Source: an uncultured virus (IMG/VR IMGVR_UViG_3300035188_001343)
Lineage: Duplodnaviria; Heunggongvirae; Uroviricota; Caudoviricetes
DNA length: 20,000 nucleotides
IMG/VR virus record: IMGVR_UViG_3300035188_001343
Strand: one strand, 5' to 3'
Shown piece after piece: positions 8,911 through 16,939 of this stretch. Position 1 is the stretch's first letter; every line of letters starts with the position of its first letter. The notes beneath the pieces were generated by a model. It was not told the DNA's origin. It searched no databases and was given only the letters and a program-made list of their open reading frames with translations. A program made the position numbers and the translations under genes.

Positions 8911-9864
8911 ATGGAAATAAACACTAAATATGGTTCAATTGACTATGAAGATATCGATGAATCGGAACTATCACCAGAAACGGTAAAATTTTTACATAAA
9001 AGAGTTAAAACTGCGGAGATGATGTTTACGGATACCATCGATCTAACCAATATTGATCCAAAATTTGATGAAATTATACAAGAATTAGGTGAAGTTTCAA
9101 TTGCTGAAAATAAATTTACAGAAGCTTCTAGGGCATTTGCTTTAGCAGAATTCATCGATGCACCATTATCTGATATTGAAGAAGAAAATGTAACTTCATT
9201 TCATGGTGCAGGTGGAGAATACAAAGTATTAACAGATGCAGAAGCCGATGAAGAAGCTTTGGATCATGCAAAATCAATTATCGATGATATTGGTATTGAT
9301 GGATTGAATGATTATATGAAAGAGTATATTTACGACAATTTTGTATCTACAGAGTGGTTTGATGAAGTAATGAATGAAATGAACGTATCGACCGCCGAGG
9401 ATTTAAAATTGGAGGATGCTGATTCAGTCGAATACATAAATCGGTTGCATGAAGAAATGGTTGAAGCGGGTATTATGGATGAACCAGAATGGCCTGATGA
9501 AGATGATTTTATTACTGGCGATGATGGATTAACTCCCGAAGATGAAGAAAAATTTAATCAAGCACACGACGAATACGTCGAAAGTTTAGAAAAAGAAATT
9601 GATGACAATTTCGATTTATTTGTAGAGAAAAAAAATGAGGAATATGATTCAGGAATTGAATACTATAAAGATAATTTTGGTCAGGATGAATTAAATAACG
9701 TAATCACACGTCACAATTTAGTTAATGAAGATAAAGCAGCAGAATATGTTGTCAGTGAAGGTGACAGAGGTGAATTTTTAGCTTATTATGATAGTGAAGA
9801 AAATAATATAACAATAACTTTTAAAAAGGAAAAATACGATTATTACATTTATCGAACTGGGTAA
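8911..9864 (+). CDS. Highly acidic hypothetical phage protein
   Basis: 317-aa ORF, GAGG RBS, extremely Asp/Glu-rich, followed by a terminator. Confidence 0.8.
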   Translation: MEINTKYGSIDYEDIDESELSPETVKFLHKRVKTAEMMFTDTIDLTNIDPKFDEIIQELGEVSIAENKFTEASRAFALAEFIDAPLSDIEEENVTSFHGAGGEYKVLTDAEADEEALDHAKSIIDDIGIDGLNDYMKEYIYDNFVSTEWFDEVMNEMNVSTAEDLKLEDADSVEYINRLHEEMVEAGIMDEPEWPDEDDFITGDDGLTPEDEEKFNQAHDEYVESLEKEIDDNFDLFVEKKNEEYDSGIEYYKDNFGQDELNNVITRHNLVNEDKAAEYVVSEGDRGEFLAYYDSEENNITITFKKEKYDYYIYRTG

Positions 9865-9880
9865 ATCTTTCCAAAAACTC

Positions 9881-9914
9881 AAAAAAAGGATTGAATGTGT
9901 TCAATCCTTTTTTT
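9881..9914 (+). terminator. Rho-independent terminator (potentially bidirectional)
   Basis: AAAAAAAGGATTGAA-TGTG-TTCAATCCTTTTTTT perfect inverted repeat. Confidence 0.85.
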
Positions 9915-9955
9915 ACGACTTTTTTAACCAAACCTCTGGATTTTTACCAATTTAT

Positions 9956-9966
9956 ATGGTATAATT
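9956..9966 (+). promoter_or_regulatory. Extended -10 promoter (TGnTATAAT) for the split RNA ligase genes
   Basis: ATGGTATAATT about 35 nt upstream of ATG 10001; the same 11-mer occurs on the - strand at 19734-19744. Confidence 0.65.
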
Positions 9967-10000
9967 TAACAATACTAATACATCTTAGAGAGATAAAAAA

Positions 10001-10282
10001 ATGTTACCAACATATAACGATGTAAAAATAATTTGTGCGAACAACGAATCATTTAAAATAAAACACCAGACTTTTGGTAATACAACTGTTGCACAATGCA
10101 CCTATTTCTTAGCATCAACAGGGGATTTTTTTCCAACAGTAATAGAATTAGAAGAAAATGGAAAAACAATTTCTGTTTACGGTGATGTAGAATTTAATGG
10201 TACAAAATTAAAAAACATGACAGATACAGAGATTGAAATTATAGGGTTTGATACCCTTTCCCAATTTGCTTTTGGTCAATAA
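10001..10282 (+). CDS. Rnl1-like RNA ligase, fragment 1 (N-terminal ~44 aa plus ~49-aa extra tail)
   Basis: YNDVKIIC...F.......TY.LAS.GDF parallels the T4 Rnl1 N-terminus (FNNLMELC...FSYNYASYSDW); sits directly upstream of the fragment starting with ELRG. Confidence 0.6.
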   Translation: MLPTYNDVKIICANNESFKIKHQTFGNTTVAQCTYFLASTGDFFPTVIELEENGKTISVYGDVEFNGTKLKNMTDTEIEIIGFDTLSQFAFGQ

Positions 10283-10297
10283 CAGGGGATACTAAAA

Positions 10298-11140
10298 ATG
10301 AAAATAACACGAAAAGTTGGTAATCTTTGTGAGTTAAGAGGCGTAACTTTTGTAAAAGAAGGCAATGGTGAATGGGTCCGTCATCTTTTTATGAGCAAAT
10401 TTTTTAACATCAACCAAACTAATGGTTTAGATGCAACGCATATGGATTTGAATATCAATGGGGTAACAACTAAAGTAAACATCAATAAATTGTATTTAAC
10501 TACCGATGAAAAAACATACCGAGCAATAGATTTAAAAGTTGGTATGACTGTAGGCGAATTTGATAAAGCCAACAACACAGTTATCGGTAATTTTTTCACT
10601 ATTGAAACTTTAGAAAAAACAGTTTTACCACCTGAAAATCGAGAAAATTCATGGATGCATGATGACGTAAAACACCTTGATGTTATGCGAGTGGCAAATA
10701 AAGAAGATGGTTCAGCGATCAGATTTCTTTTAATTGATGGGGTTTTAGTGGCAAAAACTAAATTTTCATTTGAATCCGACCAAACAGTTTTATCTATGCA
10801 AGTAGTCAATAATGATTCAAATTTAAAAAAATTCATACTAAAAACGTTAGAGTTAAATCTAACAGCGTTGTTTGAATTAGTTTCACCATTAAACAAAATC
10901 GTACTTTCCTATAATGAAACCGATTTAAAACTGTTGCAATTGCGTGATTCAAACGGTGAGTATCTTGACATCTACAATCACCCATTAGTTCTCGAACATA
11001 ATATTCACACTACAAATCAAGAGTCGCTTGACTTATTGAATGAAGTATCGGAAAAATTTACAATCTCCGAAGTTAGAGAAAAATTGGGAAATTTAAAATT
11101 TAACTCATTACAAGAATTTTTAGTTTTTTTAAAAAACTGA
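10298..11140 (+). CDS. Rnl1-like RNA ligase, fragment 2 (motifs I-IIIa)
   Basis: ELRG, KFFN, KEDGS (motif I adenylated Lys), KTK, FELVSPLNKIVLSY and LLQLRD..GEY as in T4 Rnl1; own RBS GGGGA. Confidence 0.88.
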   Translation: MKITRKVGNLCELRGVTFVKEGNGEWVRHLFMSKFFNINQTNGLDATHMDLNINGVTTKVNINKLYLTTDEKTYRAIDLKVGMTVGEFDKANNTVIGNFFTIETLEKTVLPPENRENSWMHDDVKHLDVMRVANKEDGSAIRFLLIDGVLVAKTKFSFESDQTVLSMQVVNNDSNLKKFILKTLELNLTALFELVSPLNKIVLSYNETDLKLLQLRDSNGEYLDIYNHPLVLEHNIHTTNQESLDLLNEVSEKFTISEVREKLGNLKFNSLQEFLVFLKN

Positions 11141-11165
11141 TAACTTAATTTACCAAGGAAAACTT

Positions 11166-11696
11166 ATGAATGTATTAGAACTATTAATGTTGTCTGGTGA
11201 ATATATTGAAAATAAAGAAGGGGTAGTTATCACTTTTTCTAATGGTAAAATGGCAAAACAAAAACACCAACAATATATGTTATTACATGGAATTTTATCA
11301 GATGGTTTAAAAGAACATAACTTAATCGTTAGAATTCTGAATGAAACTATCGATGATGTGATTTCCTTTTTACCTGAATCGGCAATCGAAGAACGTGAAT
11401 TTGTGAATGCATTAACAGAATGTGTTATCAACCACGTTAATAAAACTGCTGAAGAAGGTTTTGAATTTTTTAATAAAAATTATAATGGTGATCGAAAAGA
11501 ATTTGCGATAAATCATAAAAATCATAAATTATTCGGTCATATGACTATGTTGTTTCGAGAAAATAGCATCGAAACTATTGAAAAATCTATCATTTCCAGA
11601 ATGTTAGTAGATTGTTATCGTTATGAAGCAGCAAAAACATATTTGCGAAAAATAGGTTTTGAACGAGAATTAAAATTGTTGGAAAATGATGATTAA
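11166..11696 (+). CDS. Rnl1-like RNA ligase, fragment 3 (motifs IV, V and helical C-domain)
   Basis: ENKEGVVI (motif IV), KQK..Y..LH (motif V), I..ETIDD and DRKEFA as in the Rnl1 C-domain; own RBS AAGGA; different frame from fragment 2. Confidence 0.85.
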   Translation: MNVLELLMLSGEYIENKEGVVITFSNGKMAKQKHQQYMLLHGILSDGLKEHNLIVRILNETIDDVISFLPESAIEEREFVNALTECVINHVNKTAEEGFEFFNKNYNGDRKEFAINHKNHKLFGHMTMLFRENSIETIEKSIISRMLVDCYRYEAAKTYLRKIGFERELKLLENDD

Positions 11697-11701
11697 TCAC
11701 C

Positions 11702-11728
11702 ATAAAGACCGGATAATCCGGTCTTTAT
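11702..11728. terminator. Hairpin terminator between convergent genes
   Basis: ATAAAGACCGGA-TAA-TCCGGTCTTTAT perfect inverted repeat. Confidence 0.8.
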
Positions 11729-11748
11729 AGTTTAATATTTTAAAAAAA

Positions 11749-13998
11749 TCATCTATATAGATAATAATGTGATCCAGAAATAGTTCCAGCATGATCTGTA
11801 TTAAAATAAACATAATCGGCATTATGATGGAAAGTTACTGTTCTAGAATTTGAATCGTTCAGTGATCCAGCAGCAGTATTAACACTTCCAAAGTTTCCAT
11901 AGAATATAGAATATACAATACTTTGTGTAGATTTATTCCATACAACGATAGAACATGGTGAATTTGAATGTGAATTCGCAAAATCGATCATAACTTCTGT
12001 TGTACCAGCAGGTGGAACCCACCAAACAGTACCACCATTATTATCCGCAGATTGTGACGATGTTGAGTCTAACAATACATTTGCTGAGGCTTTTGAGTTG
12101 GTAATAGCTGTATTAATAGCTGGATAAGCCTGATTAGCCTTACTATCTGAATACCAGTTAGAAAAACCAGGACCACTGGCATTGGTAAATGATACAGCAT
12201 CTCTATACAACCCAGGTTGAACATCAGTTGTATTCATAGCTAAACCGGAAATTTGAGCACCAGTTTTACTAACAACATCCGTGGTTTTTGCAACATCTTT
12301 CCAAACAACACCACTCCAACGAGTTGGAGATGAACCACTACCAAAGTTAGCAGCAATTTTCCACTGATTTCCTGAACCATCAGTTACAACATAATCACTA
12401 CCAATTAAAGTTGCTGTACTACTCAAACCAACCAAATTTGATGTTCTAATTTGATTATTTACTGATACTCTAGCGTATTGGGTATAATTGAACTGTCTAA
12501 GATTTCCGCCAGAATAGGAATCAAATAGATAAATATAACTTGCCGAAAGATATAAACCCATCAAACTATTAGTAGCAGTATATGACGAAAACACGGTACC
12601 AGAAAAATCTAACACAGTTGCGTTTGCCATTGTACTAAAATCAAATGGTGAAGTCATTTTCCATACGATAAATTTCCCAGTTGTCATACTATGTAAAGTA
12701 CAAGTCAAACCATCATCACTAACTCTTGTTCCATAACTATTAGATTGGCCAGTAGATGCAGAATTGAACGACAATTTACTCTTAGCCGAATTGAGAACAG
12801 CAGTTGATAAATTAAATGGGGTTGATAAATCATACCGGCGCATATGATCCCCACTACGACTAAATGTCCATAATATTGTACCATCAATATTAAACCCAGC
12901 ACTTTGAACTTCAGATAATGAACCAAGAGTAGTATTACTCACTTCAGTCCTCATATCATACGCAGTTGATAAAGTAGTTGATTTAAGAATTGTTCTATCC
13001 CCAGTCAACCCAACTAAACCATTGGGACTAAACCAACACGTACTGCAACTGGCGGTTAATGTTGATGTGTACCAAAGACTTGCAGAAGAAATCATAAAAG
13101 GGGTACTCAATGTGTAGGCTATAATTGATGTACTCGAATAACCCACGATAATTAAAATGGTTCCTGTTGGATTCAACCAAATCCCACCAGCATTACTACC
13201 ACTTAGACAGTTAAGTTTTGAGGCGACCTCTGTACCAATCGAAGCAATATTTCCAGAAACTCCACTAACAATACCAGGGGTACTAGTAGGTAAAGCTTGA
13301 GTTGGTGGTGTAAAATTAGCTGTATATCTCGCTACACCTTTTGTTATTCTTATGTCGTCGATAAACCCGTAAAAAAAATACGATGAAGAATCCATCGATC
13401 CTATAAACATTGACGATGTAGAGTAATTATTTGAATCTGAATATGAACTTCCAACCTGTTCACCATTTAAAAATAGTTTAGTTGTCGTTGAATTTTTAGA
13501 AACAGCAAGATGATACCATGTATTACTTTGTATCACAGTATTACTTTGGATAACTTGTCCTACAGAATTTAAAAAATACATTACATTACCGGCAGATGGA
13601 TGACCAACCCAAATACAAGCATCACCACCTCCATTCCTAAAATCGAAAAGAGGTTGATATACTTTTGTTGCATCCGATGTGTTAAACCAACATTCAATAG
13701 TAAAATCACCTGTACCAAATGACAAAGAACTGTTTGTACTAGGAACACTTAAATAATCACCAATACCATCAAAATATAAACTCGATCCACCAAATTTACT
13801 GTTAGCAGTTGAAATTTGAGCATTTCCACCCACAGTAATAGTTTTTGGTGATACACTTTTATCAGTTATTGCAGTTGAACCATTTGTTCCATTGCCATCT
13901 ATCAACAAAGAAACATTATTCCAATTTGAATCACCACCAATTGAAACTAGAACAACACGCTTCTTGTGATAAACACCGAAATAATTTGCATTAATCAT
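11749..13998 (-). CDS. Putative virion/tail-fibre-associated protein with LamG (concanavalin A-like) domain and beta-propeller-like repeats
   Basis: NVSLL..G..GST..TD.S, KFGGSSLYFDG.GDYL, GTGDFTIECW, WYHLAV and GFIDDIRITKGVARYTANFTPPT (phage LamG domain); repeated Y.LSTP.D.ST blades; Ser/Thr/Gly-rich. Confidence 0.75.
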   Translation of the reverse strand: MINANYFGVYHKKRVVLVSIGGDSNWNNVSLLIDGNGTNGSTAITDKSVSPKTITVGGNAQISTANSKFGGSSLYFDGIGDYLSVPSTNSSLSFGTGDFTIECWFNTSDATKVYQPLFDFRNGGGDACIWVGHPSAGNVMYFLNSVGQVIQSNTVIQSNTWYHLAVSKNSTTTKLFLNGEQVGSSYSDSNNYSTSSMFIGSMDSSSYFFYGFIDDIRITKGVARYTANFTPPTQALPTSTPGIVSGVSGNIASIGTEVASKLNCLSGSNAGGIWLNPTGTILIIVGYSSTSIIAYTLSTPFMISSASLWYTSTLTASCSTCWFSPNGLVGLTGDRTILKSTTLSTAYDMRTEVSNTTLGSLSEVQSAGFNIDGTILWTFSRSGDHMRRYDLSTPFNLSTAVLNSAKSKLSFNSASTGQSNSYGTRVSDDGLTCTLHSMTTGKFIVWKMTSPFDFSTMANATVLDFSGTVFSSYTATNSLMGLYLSASYIYLFDSYSGGNLRQFNYTQYARVSVNNQIRTSNLVGLSSTATLIGSDYVVTDGSGNQWKIAANFGSGSSPTRWSGVVWKDVAKTTDVVSKTGAQISGLAMNTTDVQPGLYRDAVSFTNASGPGFSNWYSDSKANQAYPAINTAITNSKASANVLLDSTSSQSADNNGGTVWWVPPAGTTEVMIDFANSHSNSPCSIVVWNKSTQSIVYSIFYGNFGSVNTAAGSLNDSNSRTVTFHHNADYVYFNTDHAGTISGSHYYLYR

Positions 13999-14897
13999 GT
14001 TAAGTCTCCACCAAGTACAAAGTTATCAGCTGTTGGCATCCAAACTGAAGCCATACCATAAGCAGCCAAAGTGAAAGATGTTTTAGTTGATGTTGCAGCA
14101 CTGATTCTAGCAGTAACAGAGGTCGCAGAAATTGTAATTGATGAAGAAGAATTGTTGTAAATTGTAGTATTAAAACCTGTACTTAAACCAGATGGAATAG
14201 TTATACCCGAATTTGTACTAATACCCACTCCATTATTTGAATTTGAAAGTGTTAATGTACTACTTTGAACAGAAACTGGGATTGATCTTAAATTTCCTAA
14301 TGAATCCGTAACGGATGAAGTTGTAGAAATTGCACCAGTAAAGGATGCACCATTTAAATTCGCTTTACTAGCCAAACTATTGGTCAATGTAGTATCAGCA
14401 GCTTTATATGTGGTATCTAACGTAGAAACAGTATTTGTTAAAGTAGTGATTGCGGCTTGTCTTGCTGTTACTTCAGCAGCTAAGTTTGTGGTTAATGTTG
14501 AATCTGCGGCTTGTCTTGCTGTTACTTCAGCAGCTAAGTTTGTGGTTAATGTTGAATCTGCGGCTTGTCTTGCAGTTGTTTCACTGGCTAATGCTGCATT
14601 ATTAGATGTCACATAACCTGCGAAAGCATTATCATTAGTAGTATCAACTGAATTGATTAAAGTAACAATTTCGGCAAATGAATCTTTATCAGCAGATGCA
14701 GCTGATAAAATAGCATCAATTCTAGCTTTTTCGGTATTAATAGCCGATGTTAATGTAGTATCGGCAGATTGTCTAGAATTTGTTTCAGATGTAAGTGCAG
14801 TAGTTAACGTAGTAACTGCTGCTTGTCTGGCCGTAGTTTCATTGGTAACTGCTGTAGAAACTACACTACCCATTTTTTTAAAAATTGAATCAGGCAT
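13995..14897 (-). CDS. Putative tail fibre protein with coiled-coil repeats
   Basis: E.TARQAAD.TL 18-aa repeats, DSFAEI motif and a C-terminal beta domain ending GDLT; AAGGAG RBS; ATGA overlap with the next gene. Confidence 0.72.
   Translation of the reverse strand: MPDSIFKKMGSVVSTAVTNETTARQAAVTTLTTALTSETNSRQSADTTLTSAINTEKARIDAILSAASADKDSFAEIVTLINSVDTTNDNAFAGYVTSNNAALASETTARQAADSTLTTNLAAEVTARQAADSTLTTNLAAEVTARQAAITTLTNTVSTLDTTYKAADTTLTNSLASKANLNGASFTGAISTTSSVTDSLGNLRSIPVSVQSSTLTLSNSNNGVGISTNSGITIPSGLSTGFNTTIYNNSSSSITISATSVTARISAATSTKTSFTLAAYGMASVWMPTADNFVLGGDLT
14451..14573. repeat. Perfect 54-bp tandem repeat (2 copies plus 15 bp) within the fibre gene
   Basis: tgcggcttgtcttgctgttacttcagcagctaagtttgtggttaatgttgaatc at 14451 and 14505, partial copy at 14559. 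Confidence 0.95.
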
Positions 14898-15040
14898 TTT
14901 TTATCTCCTTTTTTGGTTTGAAAGTTAATAATAGGGTAGATGTTTACATTTCTATTTTAAAACATCTCACTAAAATCAAAATTTATTTATCAATAAAATT
15001 TAAATATAGTTTTTTTGTAAATTTTTCCAAAAAAATAATT

Positions 15041-15880
15041 TTACCAGTTACCATTCAAATCATCAATTGAAATCTGATTGCCCTCTTCATCCACCTCAAC
15101 ATCAAATGTTCTATCAACCAACTGTTGCTCAGCATATTCAGTCGTATAATAATATTCATATTCAGTTGTAATAGATGATGTGAATTCATCAAAAATATCA
15201 GAAATATAAACATCCAAAATGTCATATACTTTTTCTATTACATCAGTTACCTCATTTTGCGTACCATCGACAACCATTTCAACCAATTCATCACACTCCG
15301 TTTCATCTACATAAAATACATCTTGAAATAATAACTTTGATGTTGCCATCACTTTTTTCCATCTTTTTAATAATTCAATAGCATCTGAAAATGAATTATA
15401 CTTTTTAATATGTTCATCTATCAAGTCTGCATAAATACTAATATCCATACCCTCTTGTCCTGAAGCATTTTCTGGTTCAAAATCATAAGGAAATAACTCA
15501 TCTTTAATCGCACTTTCTATTACATCTGGATCTACCTCATAATCTCGATCCATTGAATCATCATTGAATTTTTCACTGTACCCATAAAAAAAAGATTCCT
15601 TATCAAACTCATAAAATTTTGGGGGCAATATAGTTTTAATATCTTCATGATTAAAATCAATACTACCTTCCCAACTAAAATCATTACGATATAAATCAAA
15701 CGTAATACTTTTTTCTACTAAAGTTAATGCTTTGTATCTCTCTTGTATATTATCAATGATATGTGCATACCAATCATCTGGAACTAAATAATCATCATTT
15801 TGATAATGGGCAATAACCTGTTCTCGTATATCATGATCTAAATCATCAAATTTAACTGAAATTATATTATCATCACTCAT
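15041..15880 (-). CDS. Highly acidic hypothetical phage protein
   Basis: 279-aa ORF, AAGGGTG RBS-like sequence, very Asp/Glu- and aromatic-rich. Confidence 0.78.
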   Translation of the reverse strand: MSDDNIISVKFDDLDHDIREQVIAHYQNDDYLVPDDWYAHIIDNIQERYKALTLVEKSITFDLYRNDFSWEGSIDFNHEDIKTILPPKFYEFDKESFFYGYSEKFNDDSMDRDYEVDPDVIESAIKDELFPYDFEPENASGQEGMDISIYADLIDEHIKKYNSFSDAIELLKRWKKVMATSKLLFQDVFYVDETECDELVEMVVDGTQNEVTDVIEKVYDILDVYISDIFDEFTSSITTEYEYYYTTEYAEQQLVDRTFDVEVDEEGNQISIDDLNGNW

Positions 15881-16070
15881 AAATTTACACCCTTTTTTAA
15901 TTCATTGTATTATCATATTTATCATCAATACCATAAGATCTCAGTCTTTACATTAAAAATATCTGAAATAAAACCATTGTCAAGTCTAAAAACAACTATT
16001 ATCAGTATCCTTTAAGTTTGTACGACTTAACATAAATAGGACAAAGATTTATGATATTGGGGAATAAAAA

Positions 16071-16583
16071 ATGAAAGTAATTTTAGGTTTTCAAAAAAAG
16101 TTTCCAGATACAATTGAGTGGTATTGGAAATTCGCGGCAAAAGGTATAAATTGGTGGACAAAAAGTAACTATTTCCATGTAGAACTTTCATTTGATGATA
16201 AATGGGTTGGTGCATATACCGATGGTGGTATAAAAGTACGAGAATGTAATGCCACGGAACATTTCAATGGAACTAACAAATTTTCTAATGGTGACTATGA
16301 TTACTATGAATTATTGATTGAAGATTTAACAGATTCACAAAAGAAGATTCTATGGAAATGGATTTATGGGGAAGTAGGGACAGGTTATGATTGGAAAGGA
16401 ATTTATCTATCCCAAATTGTTAACCTAGATAGTGAAAGTAAAAACAAATGGTTTTGTAGTGAGATGTCTACTAAAATTCTTCAATTGATGTATGTTGAGG
16501 AATTTATTGATTGTAAACCTAGTAATTTAGCACCTGTTGATGTTTTTAATACTATCAAACATAAATTAACCAAATTAAATTAA
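16071..16583 (+). CDS. Permuted NlpC/P60 (papain-like, YiiX/YebB-type) amidase/peptidase
   Basis: N-terminal YFHVEL (His), central G.GYDW.G and C-terminal KWFCSE (Cys): His-before-Cys order of the permuted family. Confidence 0.7.
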   Translation: MKVILGFQKKFPDTIEWYWKFAAKGINWWTKSNYFHVELSFDDKWVGAYTDGGIKVRECNATEHFNGTNKFSNGDYDYYELLIEDLTDSQKKILWKWIYGEVGTGYDWKGIYLSQIVNLDSESKNKWFCSEMSTKILQLMYVEEFIDCKPSNLAPVDVFNTIKHKLTKLN

Positions 16584-16585
16584 TT

Positions 16586-16614
16586 AAAAAAGGGAGAATA
16601 GTATATTCTCCCTT
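16586..16614. terminator. Hairpin terminator between convergent genes
   Basis: AAGGGAGAATA-GTA-TATTCTCCCTT, with an A-run on the left giving a U-tail for the - strand. Confidence 0.8.
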
Positions 16615-16639
16615 CTAAGTTTAAAACTACATTTATAAA

Positions 16640-16912
16640 TTAATCACGGATAATAGCGAATACTTCATCCATTTCAAGAATCAATAATTTTTCACCATCA
16701 ATTTCAACTTCTGTTCCTGAAAATTTACCAAATAATAAATTTGTACCTACATCTACATTAAAATCTTCTTTTGTAGTATCATTAATAGCTACAATTGTGC
16801 CTACAGTAGGTTTTTCTTTACCAGCAGCGGGAACTAAAATTCCACTTGCAGTTTTAGTTTGTGCTTCTTGTACTTTTACAATAACTCTGGTTCCTAATGG
16901 ATCAAGTTTCAT
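16640..16912 (-). CDS. groES: Co-chaperonin GroES
   Basis: MKLDPLGTRVIVK, KTASGILVP, KEKP..G.IVA and FGKFSGTEV; GGAG RBS (16923-16926) supports a start at 16912 rather than 16948. Confidence 0.92.
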   Translation of the reverse strand: MKLDPLGTRVIVKVQEAQTKTASGILVPAAGKEKPTVGTIVAINDTTKEDFNVDVGTNLLFGKFSGTEVEIDGEKLLILEMDEVFAIIRD

Positions 16913-16939
16913 ATATTTAAATCTCCAATTTTTTATACT

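Noticed and set aside
10280..10300. Single in-frame TAA between ligase fragments 1 and 2 as a sequencing error or pseudogene stop
   Set aside because: Not excluded without reads, but a well-spaced GGGGA RBS and ATG follow, the stop lies within non-ligase extra sequence, and catalytic motifs are intact.
10133..11166. Group I/II introns or a T4 gene 60-like ribosome bypass explaining the ligase interruptions
   Set aside because: Non-coding gaps are only 15 and 25 nt, I see no intron core or strong take-off hairpin, and the extra segments read as normal protein.
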